Position numbers and translations under genes: made by a program | The notes under the pieces: generated by a model | What the model saw: the letters and a program-made list of their open reading frames with translations, nothing else | The model's database searches: none | Told to the model about the DNA's origin: nothing | NCBI GenBank assembly: GCA_001179505.1 | Contig: CDMY01000336.1 | Location: 417,636 to 481,635 of the forward strand | Source of the DNA: Vitrella brassicaformis CCMP3155 | Taxonomy: Eukaryota; Protista; Chromerida | Reading direction: 5' to 3' | Length of the DNA stretch: 64,000 nt | In this document: piece by piece, positions 1 through 11,514 of the stretch | Numbering within the stretch: position 1 is the first letter of the stretch | How the letters are laid out: each line of letters begins with the position of its first letter

Positions 1-833
1 GATGGGTCGTTTTGGCTTTTCTTCATGTTGATTTGTGACATGTTTGTCCTCCAGTCATAACACAATACGTGGCCATTCAGTGAGTTCATGTAGCAATGTG
101 GATGAAAGCCGATGGCTCACAACATTATTAAACATCTGCTGCCAAGCCCTTGTTTGCCTTAAAGCTTTGTATGTGTGTGAAGAGCAGGCAGTATAGGCCG
201 TATGGTGCAATACACAGAAGCCTCTCGTACATATATACAAGCGAGACATACAATGAGAGAGAGAGAGAGAGTACTCTGACATCGGCCGACGGAACATAAG
301 CCGATTGTCACACACACACACACACACAGAGGTGCATCTGTATATGTGTCGTGCTCCCATGCACTTTCAGTCTGTCTCCTTGTCTGTCTCCTTGTCTGTC
401 TCTTTGTCTGTCTGTCTCTCTGTCCGCCTGTCTGTCCGTCAGGCCTTCTCGTCTCGTGCGTGTGTGCGTGCGCGTGTGTTGGTGTGGCGAAGCTACGCGT
501 GCGTGTGTCTTTGTAGTTGCTGTGGACAGAGAGAGACGTCGAATGAATGACTCTGCCCCACATCGATCTGATTGATCCATACAGTACACGCCAATATCCG
601 TCCGCAGGGCTTAGACGACACAGACAGACAGACAGGCGCAGTACACACACACACACAAACAGGCTGCGGTTGTCGAACAGATCTGCTGCTATGACCATTG
701 CAAATGGCAACAGGTGGATAAGCCGACGAGATAAGGCAAGATGATCAGAAATCCCGAAGAAATCACCTCCATGAGAGCGGTTTCACAGACAGCTCTGGTT
801 CTGCGAGCTTAAAGATCTCTCTCCTGCTTTGCG

Positions 834-3800
834 ATGTCCATGACGCACTTGAGCAGCCTCCTGTCGTGCCTACATCGCCATCAGTGCCACGTGTGGCTCG
901 TCAGCTGCCTATTCTGCCTCAGATCTGTCACGGCCAGCGGCATGCGGTCCGCCGCCTTTCTGCCCTTCACATCGATATCCACCCTCCGCCGTTCCCACTC
1001 GCTCTATGGGGACGGTAGCACACCTTTTGTTCACTTCAGGAAAGGCCTTCCCTTTCTCCGCCACTCAAACAGCCAACGAACCGGTGGCATGTCCGTCGAG
1101 GACGATGTCAGCATCAGCCCACCGCAGCAGCGGCCGCCGACCTCCATAACCACAGCGAGAAGCCCGTCGCTCGAGAAGGCCGCTGCTGAAGTGAGGGAGA
1201 GGAGGGAGGCGCCACAGTCGCAGAGTGCATCTGTACCGTCTTCTTCCTCTGCGCCCCAACGAACTATCGGCGAGTTTGCGCGTGAGGGGGGCGAAGTGCT
1301 GAGGGATGCTGTCAACCTGGCACTCACAACAGGGTACGTACGGGTGGGGTGGCAACAAGTAGAATGCAATGGATGCACCTTGCTGCCCTCCATGTGTGTA
1401 TGTCAGTCTTCGTCCAGGCATCTTCCGGACGATCCAGGCGTCAACAGCAGCCGCTGCAACCGCTGTGGAATTTGCTCAGGTGTGTTAACAGGATGAACAC
1501 TCAGTCAACCAAGCGGCACAATGATCCTGGTGGGGCGTGGTTTTTGCAGGACGTCATCAACCAGATGCCCTCGTCATCGTCCGCAGCATCTGCGTCCACT
1601 ACAGCACGGCCAGCCGACACATCCAGGGGTGCCGCTGAGGCCATCCTCAGCTCACAGGCCCTGTCGGTGGCTCTCGCATCCACGCCAAAGGCATTGAGGA
1701 AGCTCTTCGAGGCAACCAACCATGCCATTCACTCACACTCATGCATGACACGCACACTCAGGATGCTATGCGGGCGTGTGCTGTGTGTCTGTAGCGGCTG
1801 GGAGCGACGTACGTGAAGCTGGGCCAGTTCATCGCCAGCTCTCCCTCCCTCTTCCCTGCTGAGTATGTGCTGGAGTTCCAGAAGGTAAACTAACTACACA
1901 TGTGTCGTGTGGGTGGGGCCCGTTGGGAAGAGACTGACCTCTCCGCCGTTTCCACCCACTGTCGTGTGTGTGTGATGTGCTTTGTGCCCATCCTCAACAG
2001 TGTCTGGACCAAACTCCGCCAACGGGATGGGCGGACATCAGCCGCACCATACAGGCAGAACTGGGCCGGCCGATGAATGAGGTTTTCGAGTCCGTGAATC
2101 CCACACCACTAGCATCAGCGTCCATCGCACAGGTGAGTGACAGACAGACAGTGTATCCAAGTGGGCAAGGTGTTGTTGTTCCAACATACGTGCATCGCTA
2201 ACTGTTGTGTCGGCTCGGGTATGTTCAGGTCCACAGTGCCCGGTTGCGTACGGGAGAGGAGGTTGTCATCAAAGTCCAAAAACCCGAAGTCAGCAGGCCA
2301 GAGATAACAAACACCTTTCCGCCCACCCCTCCCTCTCTCCCTCTCTCCCTGCCTCCCTGCCTGCACGTGTGTGTCAGGTGGAGAGCATCCTCAAAGCAGA
2401 CTTGGCATTCGTCCTCATATCCACCCGTAAGTCAAGCCAGGAGAACGACATATATACACGGGCTCCATGCATGGGCAGGCGCGCGTGTGAATGCATCTGT
2501 GTCTGCACTGCGTTGTCTGTCTGTCTGTCTGTCTACAGGGGTGCTTCAGTGGTTGAATCCCGAGCTGACCCGCATATCGCTGGCTGAGGGGGCCCGCAAC
2601 ATACGCGACTCGATGCTCGAGGAGCTCGACTTCGTCAAGGAGGCTGACAACATCGAACAATTCAGCGCCTTCCTATCGGTAACAGATTTAGACAGCCACC
2701 TCCCCTAGCCACTGGCATGTCCGTCCCTTCGTGTGTCCCGTTGACCAGAGGAGTGGCTTGGATGACATGGCGACCGTGCCAAAGGTGTTCCGGCGTTTCA
2801 GCAGCCGCAAGGTGCTGGTCATGGAGCGGCTGCGAGGGGTGCCCTTCTCTGATGTCGATGCCGTGCGGCGCATCACCGACAATCCTGAGCAAGCTCTAAT
2901 CAACGCCATCAACACCTGGTCGCTCTCACTCGTCATGAACGACTTCTTCCACGCCGATGTCCACGCGGTCCGTACTTGACGAAAGGAGGCGGGGGGGTGC
3001 ACACATTCACACGTGTCTGGACGCAGGCTCCTTCCTTGACGTGTGTGTTGCTGTGCTGTGCTGCAGGGGAACCTTTTGCTGCTGGATGACGGCCGCGTCG
3101 GCTTCATCGATTTTGGCATTGTGGGTAGGATCAGCAAGAGCACGTGGAGGTCTGTCCAGAAACTCACGGCATGTGCCGCCATGCAAGACTACAAGGTGAG
3201 CGAGGAGGGCATCCATCGATGGATCGATGGATCGACCCACACACACAGACGGCACGGCTGGTGTAGTGCATGCCACGGTTGACCACCTGGCGCGGCGAGT
3301 GCATTTGGGTCGTTTCTGTGTGTGTCATTGATCGATCAGGGGATGGCGTCTGCTCTGGTGAGCATGGGGGCGGCATCGAGGCAAGTGGACGTCGACCAAT
3401 TCGGTCAGTCGGTCAGACTGACAGACACACAACGCACCGCACGGACGGGCTTGATGCTATGTGGGGCAACCAACCGTCTGTGTGCTGGATCTGTAGGTCT
3501 TCAGCTCAAGGAGCTGATTGAGGGGTTCGAATCGATTTCAGCCACGCTTGAAATCAAAGAGGTCGGTCAGTCAGGTCACCATGCAGCGGCCGGACAAGTG
3601 CTCCCCAATAAATAGTCTGGGTATCCATCATGTTGTGCCGCAGGCTGTGGATATGTCGAGCAGCACAGCTGCCCGGTCGGTGAATGTGCATGTGGATGAG
3701 GACGAGGTGACCCGACTCCTGGTGTCGCTGGTCAAGGTGGCCGACGAGAACGGCCTCAGGTTGCCGTCAGAGTTCATTCTCTTACTCAAACAGGTCAAGT

Positions 3801-4024
3801 CGGTCACCTGACCTGACCCACTCACACACCACACCACACGACACACATTCGCTGGTCCAGAGAGAGTGGGAATGTATGCTGTCTTGTTACCGATCCATCC
3901 ATCGACGGATGTATCTATGGCTGTGTTTGTTCAGGCGTTGTACTTCAATCGGTACAGTCGATTGATAGCGCCCGAGCTGGACTACCTGAGAGACGACAGG
4001 ATGAAGCTCCAGGACTTCCTGTAG
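834..4024 (+). CDS. ABC1K9: ABC1/AarF (UbiB) atypical kinase, ABC1K9-like, with bipartite plastid-targeting leader; about 14 exons
   Basis: Spliced exons give [103 protein letters not shown], ending KLQDFL* at 4024. N-terminus is a hydrophobic leader followed by SAAFLPF. Subfamily assignment is from recalled similarity to plant plastoglobule ABC1K9. Confidence 0.9.
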
Positions 4025-4478
4025 CTAACTAACTACACTAGCTAGTGCATGCACCAGCAGATTCTGCGTTGAGTCGATGACTCGCCGGGTGGCTAGTGTT
4101 TGTGTTGGTTGTGTGTGGACACACATACGCGGCGACGTGTACAGTGAGTGTACATAGACAGACAGATGTTGAGCAGACGACAGCGTGCACATGATGTGTT
4201 GCAGACAGAGCTCATGAATCGCACGCATAGCCTGTGTCGCCAATCAATGAGTACACGAGTCCATGTGTGTGCACCGCTCGCGCCGCACGCCAACACACCC
4301 AATGATCCGGATGGAACTCACCCCATCCACCCAAAACCGGAATCCACACACTCTCAGCACCTCGCTCACACGGAGTGCACAAATAAATACCCTTAGGAAG
4401 ACCATCCACCTAGCTACTCCTCCACCTATGTGCTAAGCAGTGCTAAGCACCAGCAGCATCAATCAACAGCACAGGAGG

Positions 4479-5675
4479 TCACATGGTTCTCCTGCGCATG
4501 AGGGAGATGATGTTGGCCAGTCGATTCGGCTCCCCCTCCTCAAACCACCTGATGAACCGCTGGGCAGTGTACTTGACACCGGAGGCCACAGGGCAGTTGC
4601 CGTGTAACACGTCACTCTCGCTGATTATCAACATCTGAATGAATGAAATCACACATACTGTGAGCATGAAGTGCACTCGTTGCATGCACCCTTCGTCTCC
4701 GTGTGTTGCTTGCTTGCTCACTCGCTCACTCACCGGGTCATGGTTGAAGAATATGAGGGCCCTCCCTTGCCGAGGCTCGATGCGGAGCGATTCACTGTAC
4801 TCACCGCAGAGAGCGTCGAGAGGCGGCAGGTACTCGTTGCCAAACAGGCTTATCTCCCTGACATCCCTTCCGTCGCCCTTGATGCCCGCAGCACGCCGCA
4901 GCTCAGCACTGTCGACTCGTTTGGCGTAGGGGAAGACCAGCTCGCCGCCGCCGCTGTCGACCGACGAGAGGAACACGAGGACGGTAGCCACCCTGCCGGC
5001 CGTGATGTTGCTATCCTTGTGCAGTTTGTTCTCCCTCTCGTTGATGTTGTTGTTCCACTCTGAGTGGCCGGCGGTGTACTTGACTACCTGTATAGAGAAT
5101 TTAATAAGTCTAACGTTGTTGAAGCAGAAAAGTTGGATCTTCTTAAATCAGACCTGGAACCGCTCGCCGTGAGATGGGGGATACATAGTCAGCCGGTGCA
5201 TGCGGTCAATGAGGGCGGCGGTCAGATTGAGCCGCTCTGACAGATTCACCTTGAAGGCCTCTCCTCTGCGGCCCTTGTGGTGGTGACTGCTGTTTGCATG
5301 GGGAGCACTCTCTGCCTCCGCCAGAGCAATAAGACGCCGACACTCCGCGCGCGAGAGAAAGCGTTCAACGAGGTAGATGCGTGGGGCCTCGGAAACAAGC
5401 AGGGGCAGCGTCAGCTGGTTGGATGTCAACTGCTGCCCGAGATAGAAAGAACCAGCGGAGATGATGAGAGTGACGGTGCCGTAGAGCAGCACGGTGAGGT
5501 AGGGATGCTGCGGTGACGATGCAGAGCGGCGGCCCCGCGCCGCATTGGCTCTCCTGAGCAGCGCAATCCCCCCTCCGGCCGCAGCGAGGGACGAAAGGAA
5601 GGTGACCGCTGTCAACGAAACCATCAATCCTCGGAGATCTGGGACATTCTGCTGCCATCTCGCATCAGGCAGCAA
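4479..5675 (-). CDS. P4H: Prolyl 4-hydroxylase alpha-like 2OG-Fe(II) dioxygenase with N-terminal membrane anchor
   Basis: Exons give PRIYLVERFLSRAECRRLIALA, ERFQVVKY, LHKD (HxD), RVATVLVFLSSVDSGGGELVFP, PRQGRALIFFN and VLHGNCPVASGVKYTAQRFIR (second His and 2OG-binding Lys). Two hydrophobic segments near the N-terminus. Start codon uncertain. Confidence 0.88.
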
Positions 5676-5906
5676 GCTGTTGCTCCCTCTCCCCTTCTGG
5701 CAAGATCTTCACGTCCGCAGCATTTTCCCTCCGATCGCTGCACAACTCGCACCGCTCATCATGATCAGATCCCCCCCTTTTTGCGCACAGAGGACCACTC
5801 TGAGCGCGTCTGGCGCCCCTCTGGCCTCCGCGCGCTTTCTCGTCCTCTGATCTGATGCGGCCGTTCTGAGCCCCGGCCTCATCGCATCCCTGCCCTGCTT
5901 GCACTC

Positions 5907-8900
5907 ATGACATCTGATTCAGCAGTTGCGCTAGAGGACGGCATCTGGATTCAGCAGGTCGCTAGAGGTTACTTCCAGTTTTGCCGCGACCTGTCTGATG
6001 GCATCAAGAACCAGCTTGCAGACTACTGCGACAAGGTCAGGGCGTCCCCCCACTACTTCACCTCGTCGCCGGTGCTGCAGGGCTACCCCAACCTCTCGCG
6101 CATCTTTGAGGACGCCACCAGCCAGGAGAATGCCACACTCGAGCTGCTGCGGGTCAGCGACCCAAGCACCCGAAGCGTGTTGGTCTTAATGCAGACGATT
6201 CGGCCTTCGTGTGCGTCTACCGGGGCGAGCCGAAGGCTGCCTCAGACAAGGTCAGGAGGCAGGGAGGGGGGCACTCCACAGATGGAATAATGATCTGTGT
6301 GTTTTGTGTGTGGCTGTGGCTGTTGATTTGGTTTGTCCACACAGAGCATCACGTTGCTGGGTGAGCTGACGGGTGAGGTGGTGCCGCAGACGCCCGAGGC
6401 ATGGGACGACCCCCGGTACATCTGGCCGCTGTGCTTCGTTGACGACGCACTCCCGCCACCACACCCTCCCAACGGCAACACACCCAGCTCCCACTCACAG
6501 CAGGAGCCGGAGCCAGAGCAGTCGCTGCAGCGGCCAGCTGTGCCAAAGGACGACAGCCTGATGCTCGACTTCCGCGCGGCCAAGAACCGCGTGGCCTATT
6601 TCCAGCCGGCTGCGGTCTTGCAGGGCATGCAGCAGCGACAATCTAACGCGCAGTTCGCCGTGGTCGGTCAGCACACGAACGAGTGGGTTGTGGTTGGTGG
6701 TCGTGTGTGTGTGTGTGGCCACGTGTGTGTGTGTGTGAGTGTGAGAGAGAGAGAGAGAGAGAGAGAGTGGTTTGTTGGTTGGTTGTGTATGGGTGCAGGT
6801 GTATCATGACGGCTGGCCGCACCTGTTGCTGCACCGCAAGCCCGGCACGGCACTCAACCCGGGGGACGAGATACTCATCGACCTGCCCCCCAACATGACA
6901 ACCAAATACAAGTGCTACATCGCCGAACGACTCTACTCACAAGAGTCGGAGAGTGCCAGGTAGTCAGTCAAGAAAGGGACCACACGAATATGGATGCGCT
7001 CGATGGTGGATGTGATGTGTGTACGTGCATGTCATCAGGGACGCTGCCAGGCTCCGTGAGCTCAACGTGCATTTCATGCAGAAGCTGCAGCGTGTCAGTG
7101 ACGATAGGAACCTGGCTCTAGACGCTGCAGACAAGTAAGCGACAGACAGATGGACGATGAGAGCGGGATCTTGTGCGGGACTTACCTGTCAGGCTGCGGG
7201 ATATTATGCGGGACGGTCAGAGGGGCCACGACAAGGAGAAGGCCTCACTCGAAGAGACTATCGCCAAGTACGAGTGTCGGCAACAGCCTCAGGCTCAAGC
7301 TTGACTCGTGGCTGTCTGCATCAATATCTGTCTCGCTGGTTTCAGGCTGCAGTCGAGCAAGAGCTCACTCGAGGCCGAGCTCACGCACCTCCGCAGTCAC
7401 CAGACAGACAGGTGAGCGACCACCTGACAGCACTCACCCACCCCCACGGCCATGTATCTCATACTTTTCATGCACACAAGACAGACAGACAGACAGACGG
7501 ACAGGCAGGCAGCTCGCTGTATTCACGGGCGGGCGTGTGTGTGTGTGGCTGCAGGCTGAAGCAGAGTGAGAAGGCCCGCAAGCAGCTCGAGGCGGCCAAC
7601 CGCGACAAGGACAAAGAGATCAAAAGGTAGGGCCTCGAGTGGATGCACGGGGCCCATCGCCCCACCCCGTTCCCCTCTGCTGTGCCGTCTGTCTGTTTGT
7701 CTGTCAGCATGCAGGAGCAGCATCGCCGGCAGCTGCAGGAGGAGGCCCAGCGTATCAACAAGTCAGTCCGTATGGCACCACATGCATAGAAGGAGAGTGG
7801 ATGCACGGGGCCCATCGCCCCACCCCGTTCTCCTTTGCTATGTATGCCGTCTGTCCTGTCGTGTCCTGTCAGAAAGCAAGAGCATCATCGCCGGCAGTTA
7901 CAGGAAGAGCGCCAACGTAGCGAAACGTATGTGCGTGGTGGCCAGGCAGGCAGGCATGCAGGCAGCATGAGCATGATGGGCGGTCTTCTTTTTGTTTGCG
8001 CCTGCAGGGAGATAGCCACGTCCGTATGGCCGCACCACAAGCTTACAGGCAGGCCGATCGTTGTCTTGTGCGTGTCAGGTTGCGAGAGTCTATGGGGCCG
8101 CTTGAGGCGGAGCTGATTAGCCTGCGAGAGAGTGAGAGCGGCCACGTCAAGGAGAAGGCATCACTGCAAGAGACTATCGCCAAGTACGTATGCTTGTCGG
8201 CAACAGCCTCATGCAGGCTCACTTCTGACTCCTGCATGGCATGGCTGTGTGCATCAATCTACCTCTCTCTGGTGTCAGGCTGGAGGCGAGCAAGCAGTCG
8301 CTCGAGACGGAACTCACGCACCTCCGCAGCCAGCAGATAGACAAGTGAGCACCTACCTACATGGCCACCTTTTCTCCCTTTGCTATTTCCATCAGTTTGA
8401 GGGCCTTGCTGACATCGTCTGAGACCGAGCAGGAGCTCTCCCACGTTGTCAAGACCCTCAAGGACAAGCAAGATGAGCTGCCGGAGCTACACCGCCTCAT
8501 CAGGGAGGCCGAGAGCCGACTGGAAGCCGCACACAAGAGGGCCATGGAGCAGCGTGAGGCCGACCGGCAGGCTGCGGTGGAGCTTCAGCTGCAGCAGGCG
8601 GCCCGCGAGGCCAGGGAGACCATCAACAAGGCCAGGGAGGAGGGGCGGGAGGAAATACTCAAGTGCGCCATCTGCAACGAGGAGGAGAAACGCATCATGC
8701 TGATGCCATGTGTAAGTACACACCATCACATCACAAACAGGCCCGAGAGGTCTGTCGTGCACGAGTGTGTGTGTGTATGTGTGTGTATGTGGGTTCAGCG
8801 GCATCTGTGCATCTGTCGTGGCTGCTGTGCTCATATCATGAGCCTGCCTGTGGCGGCCCGCCTCTGCCCCGTGTGTCGCCAGAACATCCAAAGACACACC

Positions 8901-8918
8901 GAGGTGTTTCTGCAGTGA
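5907..8918 (+). CDS. Multi-exon protein: degenerate SET-like segment, long coiled coil, C-terminal C3HC4 RING finger (probable E3 ligase)
   Basis: The last two exons give CAICNEEEKRIMLMPC/HLCICRGC..CPVCRQNIQRHTEVFLQ* (IAP/LUL-type RING). The middle is heptad-rich (ARKQLEAANRDKDKEIK, LEAELISLRESE). 6600-6900 gives SNAQFAVV/YHDGWPHLLLHRKPGTALNPGDEILIDL, which resembles a SET C-terminus. Confidence 0.8.
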
Positions 8919-9628
8919 GGCAGGCCAGGCCTTTGGTAGATTGATTGACGTAGCTACGCCCATGCACCACACCCAACACATAGCACATAGCACAGCCACT
9001 GACTAGCTGTAGATATGTCCACACAAAGCTATGCACGCCCAGAGAGACTTGTTGCGCATGTGACTGTTGGGAGGGCGTGGCTGCCGGCTTGCACGCCAAC
9101 CAGTGGCTGGGTGAGGGGAGGGGTCATGCAATGCATGGTTTGTGCATCTCTCTCTGCGGCTTTATTGACATCAATCATGTTGTGTGTGGAGGTATGTATA
9201 CAATTCTTCTTGTATGTATGTATGTACGTAAGATCTTCATCCGACTGTCCACGCGACGTACGTCTGCACGCAGCGGCTGGATTGTGCACATCCATCCATG
9301 TCATGCACACCATGCAAAGTGGACAAAGACTTCATCGACCGCATGTGTGTAGAGAACAAAAGAGAGCGGACAATGGATGCAAAACCGCAGCAAGCAAGGA
9401 GAGAAGAAAGCTCACCTACCTGGCTTGAATCACGCTCCCGCAGAGAGAAAGAGAGAAAGCGAGAGGTCCGTTTGGCGCGTCCTGTCTGTCTGTCTGTCTG
9501 TCTCACCCGCATCCGACCCGCACGCCTACAAAGAAAGGCAATCCCTGATGATACTCATCCACCCGTCCCTGACTTGCCATGGTAAGCACACTCACACACA
9601 AGATGTATGGATGGCCACCTCAGGCCCC

Positions 9629-11445
9629 TCACTCAAACCACTCGACCCTCCCTCCCCCCATGACTGGCATGAATGCACCGCCCTCATGCATGGGCATCAT
9701 CCCGTCATACAAGTCGCCCATTCCCCCACCGCCGCCCACCCATCCCTCACCACGCCACACACCACCCCTTCCCGCCATGCCGCCCCGCCGCATGCCGCCC
9801 CTCATGCCCCGCGCCCTGCCCCCACGCCACATCGACGGCCTGCGCCACAATGTCGGCTGCCGCTGCTGCTGCTGCTGCTGCTGCTGCTGCGATGTCTCAT
9901 CCATGCTGTAGCTAGGGGGCATGCTCATGAATGGGCCGGCAACGGGGAACAAGGGCACGTCGTAGGCAGACGCATTGGATTGGGAGGGTATGGGGGCCAT
10001 GTGGCCGGGGGGTGGGACGTCGAAAGAGGCGGGGAAGGGATAGTCGGCACCGAAACCAATGGGGGAGTCGTCGGCAGGGAATGGGGGCAGCGACAAGCCG
10101 CTCATCGCGGACTGCCGCTCTGCATAGGGGGAGGAGGCGAGATACCCGACGCGCTGGTCAGGGAAATCCTGGACGTGTTGGTCATGATAGGGCTCCCATG
10201 CACGCGCTATCCGACCACCCGCAGCACCACCGACGCCATAGCTACCGGCCCCAGCCGTCGCCAGCTGGTCACCACTGTGACTGAGCGACGAAAAGTCGTT
10301 GGTCGACGGCATAGGGAAGAACTCGGGCGCGTCCACAGAGAGGGATTGCTGGGGCACTCGAGAGAAAGACGTGGGGCCGCTGCGATGGGACACACTCGGT
10401 GTGAAGGACGGCGCATTGGGGTCGAGCTGGCTGCTGCTCTCCGATGGCATGGCCGGTGGGGCGCTGTCAGTCTTCACACCAGGGACCTGGCTCTCCTCAG
10501 ACACGTCACCCTCCCCCGCCTCATCGCTCTCTGTGTCCTGAGCTGAGGCGAAGGGCTCGACATCAACATTGCACAGCGAGTGGAAGGGCGGCGGCGGGGC
10601 GGTCGAGGGCTCCTCATCGCCCGTCGGCAGTGTGTCATGATGGCTGGACTCGTCAGCCCGTCCGTCAAAGGACGACACGACTGCAGCCAGAGGAACAAGG
10701 CGAGATAAACACGTGATCGATTCGTCTGGCCTTCACTTTGTGTGCTGACTGACGGACCACTGGCGTGAGGGAATGGGAGTGCCGCAGCGTCGCCTTGCTC
10801 TTTGCACCCCTCCTTGGCTACAGCAGCTGCCCCTGCCACCACCTGACGCACGGCCTTGGGCACCAGCCGGCTCCCCTGCCCCTCTGCCCCACCCTCCCCC
10901 TGCCACTTATCGCCCTCATGTGCCACGGTCACGTGCGGTTCTCGCGCAGCTGCATCGCCCAGCCTCTGTTTGGTCTGCAGGCCGTTGTGTCCGTCTGACG
11001 GCAGGCGTGTGGGCGCGATGCCGATGGATGAGTTGGTGGTTTGAGTGCGGGACTGTGACAGTCGGCTGTCTTCGGCTGTGGTGGGCGGCTGCTTGGGGAG
11101 AGGCTGGGATGGGTCGGCGGGCTGTGCCATGGTGCCGCCGAGAGGATCAGATGCGCCGCCGTCGGCAGGCAGAGATGCATCGCGGCACGATGAAGTGAAT
11201 GGACCTGCGTGGATGAGAGAGGAGAAGAGGAGACCATACCATACATGCGATACGTGTGGTGGCTGGCTGTTGAGCAGCGTGGGCGGGGCGAGGGTGTGGG
11301 TGTGGGTGATCTCACCGCCATGCGATGGTGCCGGTGCGGAGAGGCTCCTCATGTGGGTGCTAGGCCGCTGGCTGAAGTGGTAGAAAGTCTTGGTCACGGT
11401 GAACTGCCATCCTGGCGGCACCGCTGCCTTCGATGATGCTAGCAT
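9629..11445 (-). CDS. Low-complexity protein with two PAM2 (PABP-binding) motifs, poly-Q and RGG/RG tail; 3 exons
   Basis: Exons about 11445-11316, 11203-10752 and 10682-9629. Motifs SQLDPNAPSFTP and SLSVDAPEFFP match the PAM2 consensus; C-terminus contains WRGGRARGMRGGMRRGGMAGRGG. Confidence 0.7.
10779..10938 (-). repeat. About 160-bp coding segment duplicated in inverted orientation at 16676-16835
   Basis: Both copies encode PHVTVAHEGDKW(Q/P)GEGGAEGQGSRLVPK(A/V)VRQVV..AAVAKE..KEQGDAAA. Confidence 0.9.
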
Positions 11446-11514
11446 CGGTATTCCTTTCTCAGGTCCACTCCACGATTGTAAATGCGACCACAATGCGAGC
11501 TCAAACCCGAGGAG

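Noticed and set aside
55-750. Short ORFs at the window start
   Set aside because: Products of (CA)n, (GA)n and (GTCT)n microsatellites; no supportable exon.
9377-10546. 389-aa plus-strand ORF
   Set aside because: Antisense shadow of the GC-rich PAM2/RGG exon; it includes microsatellite-derived sequence and has no motifs.
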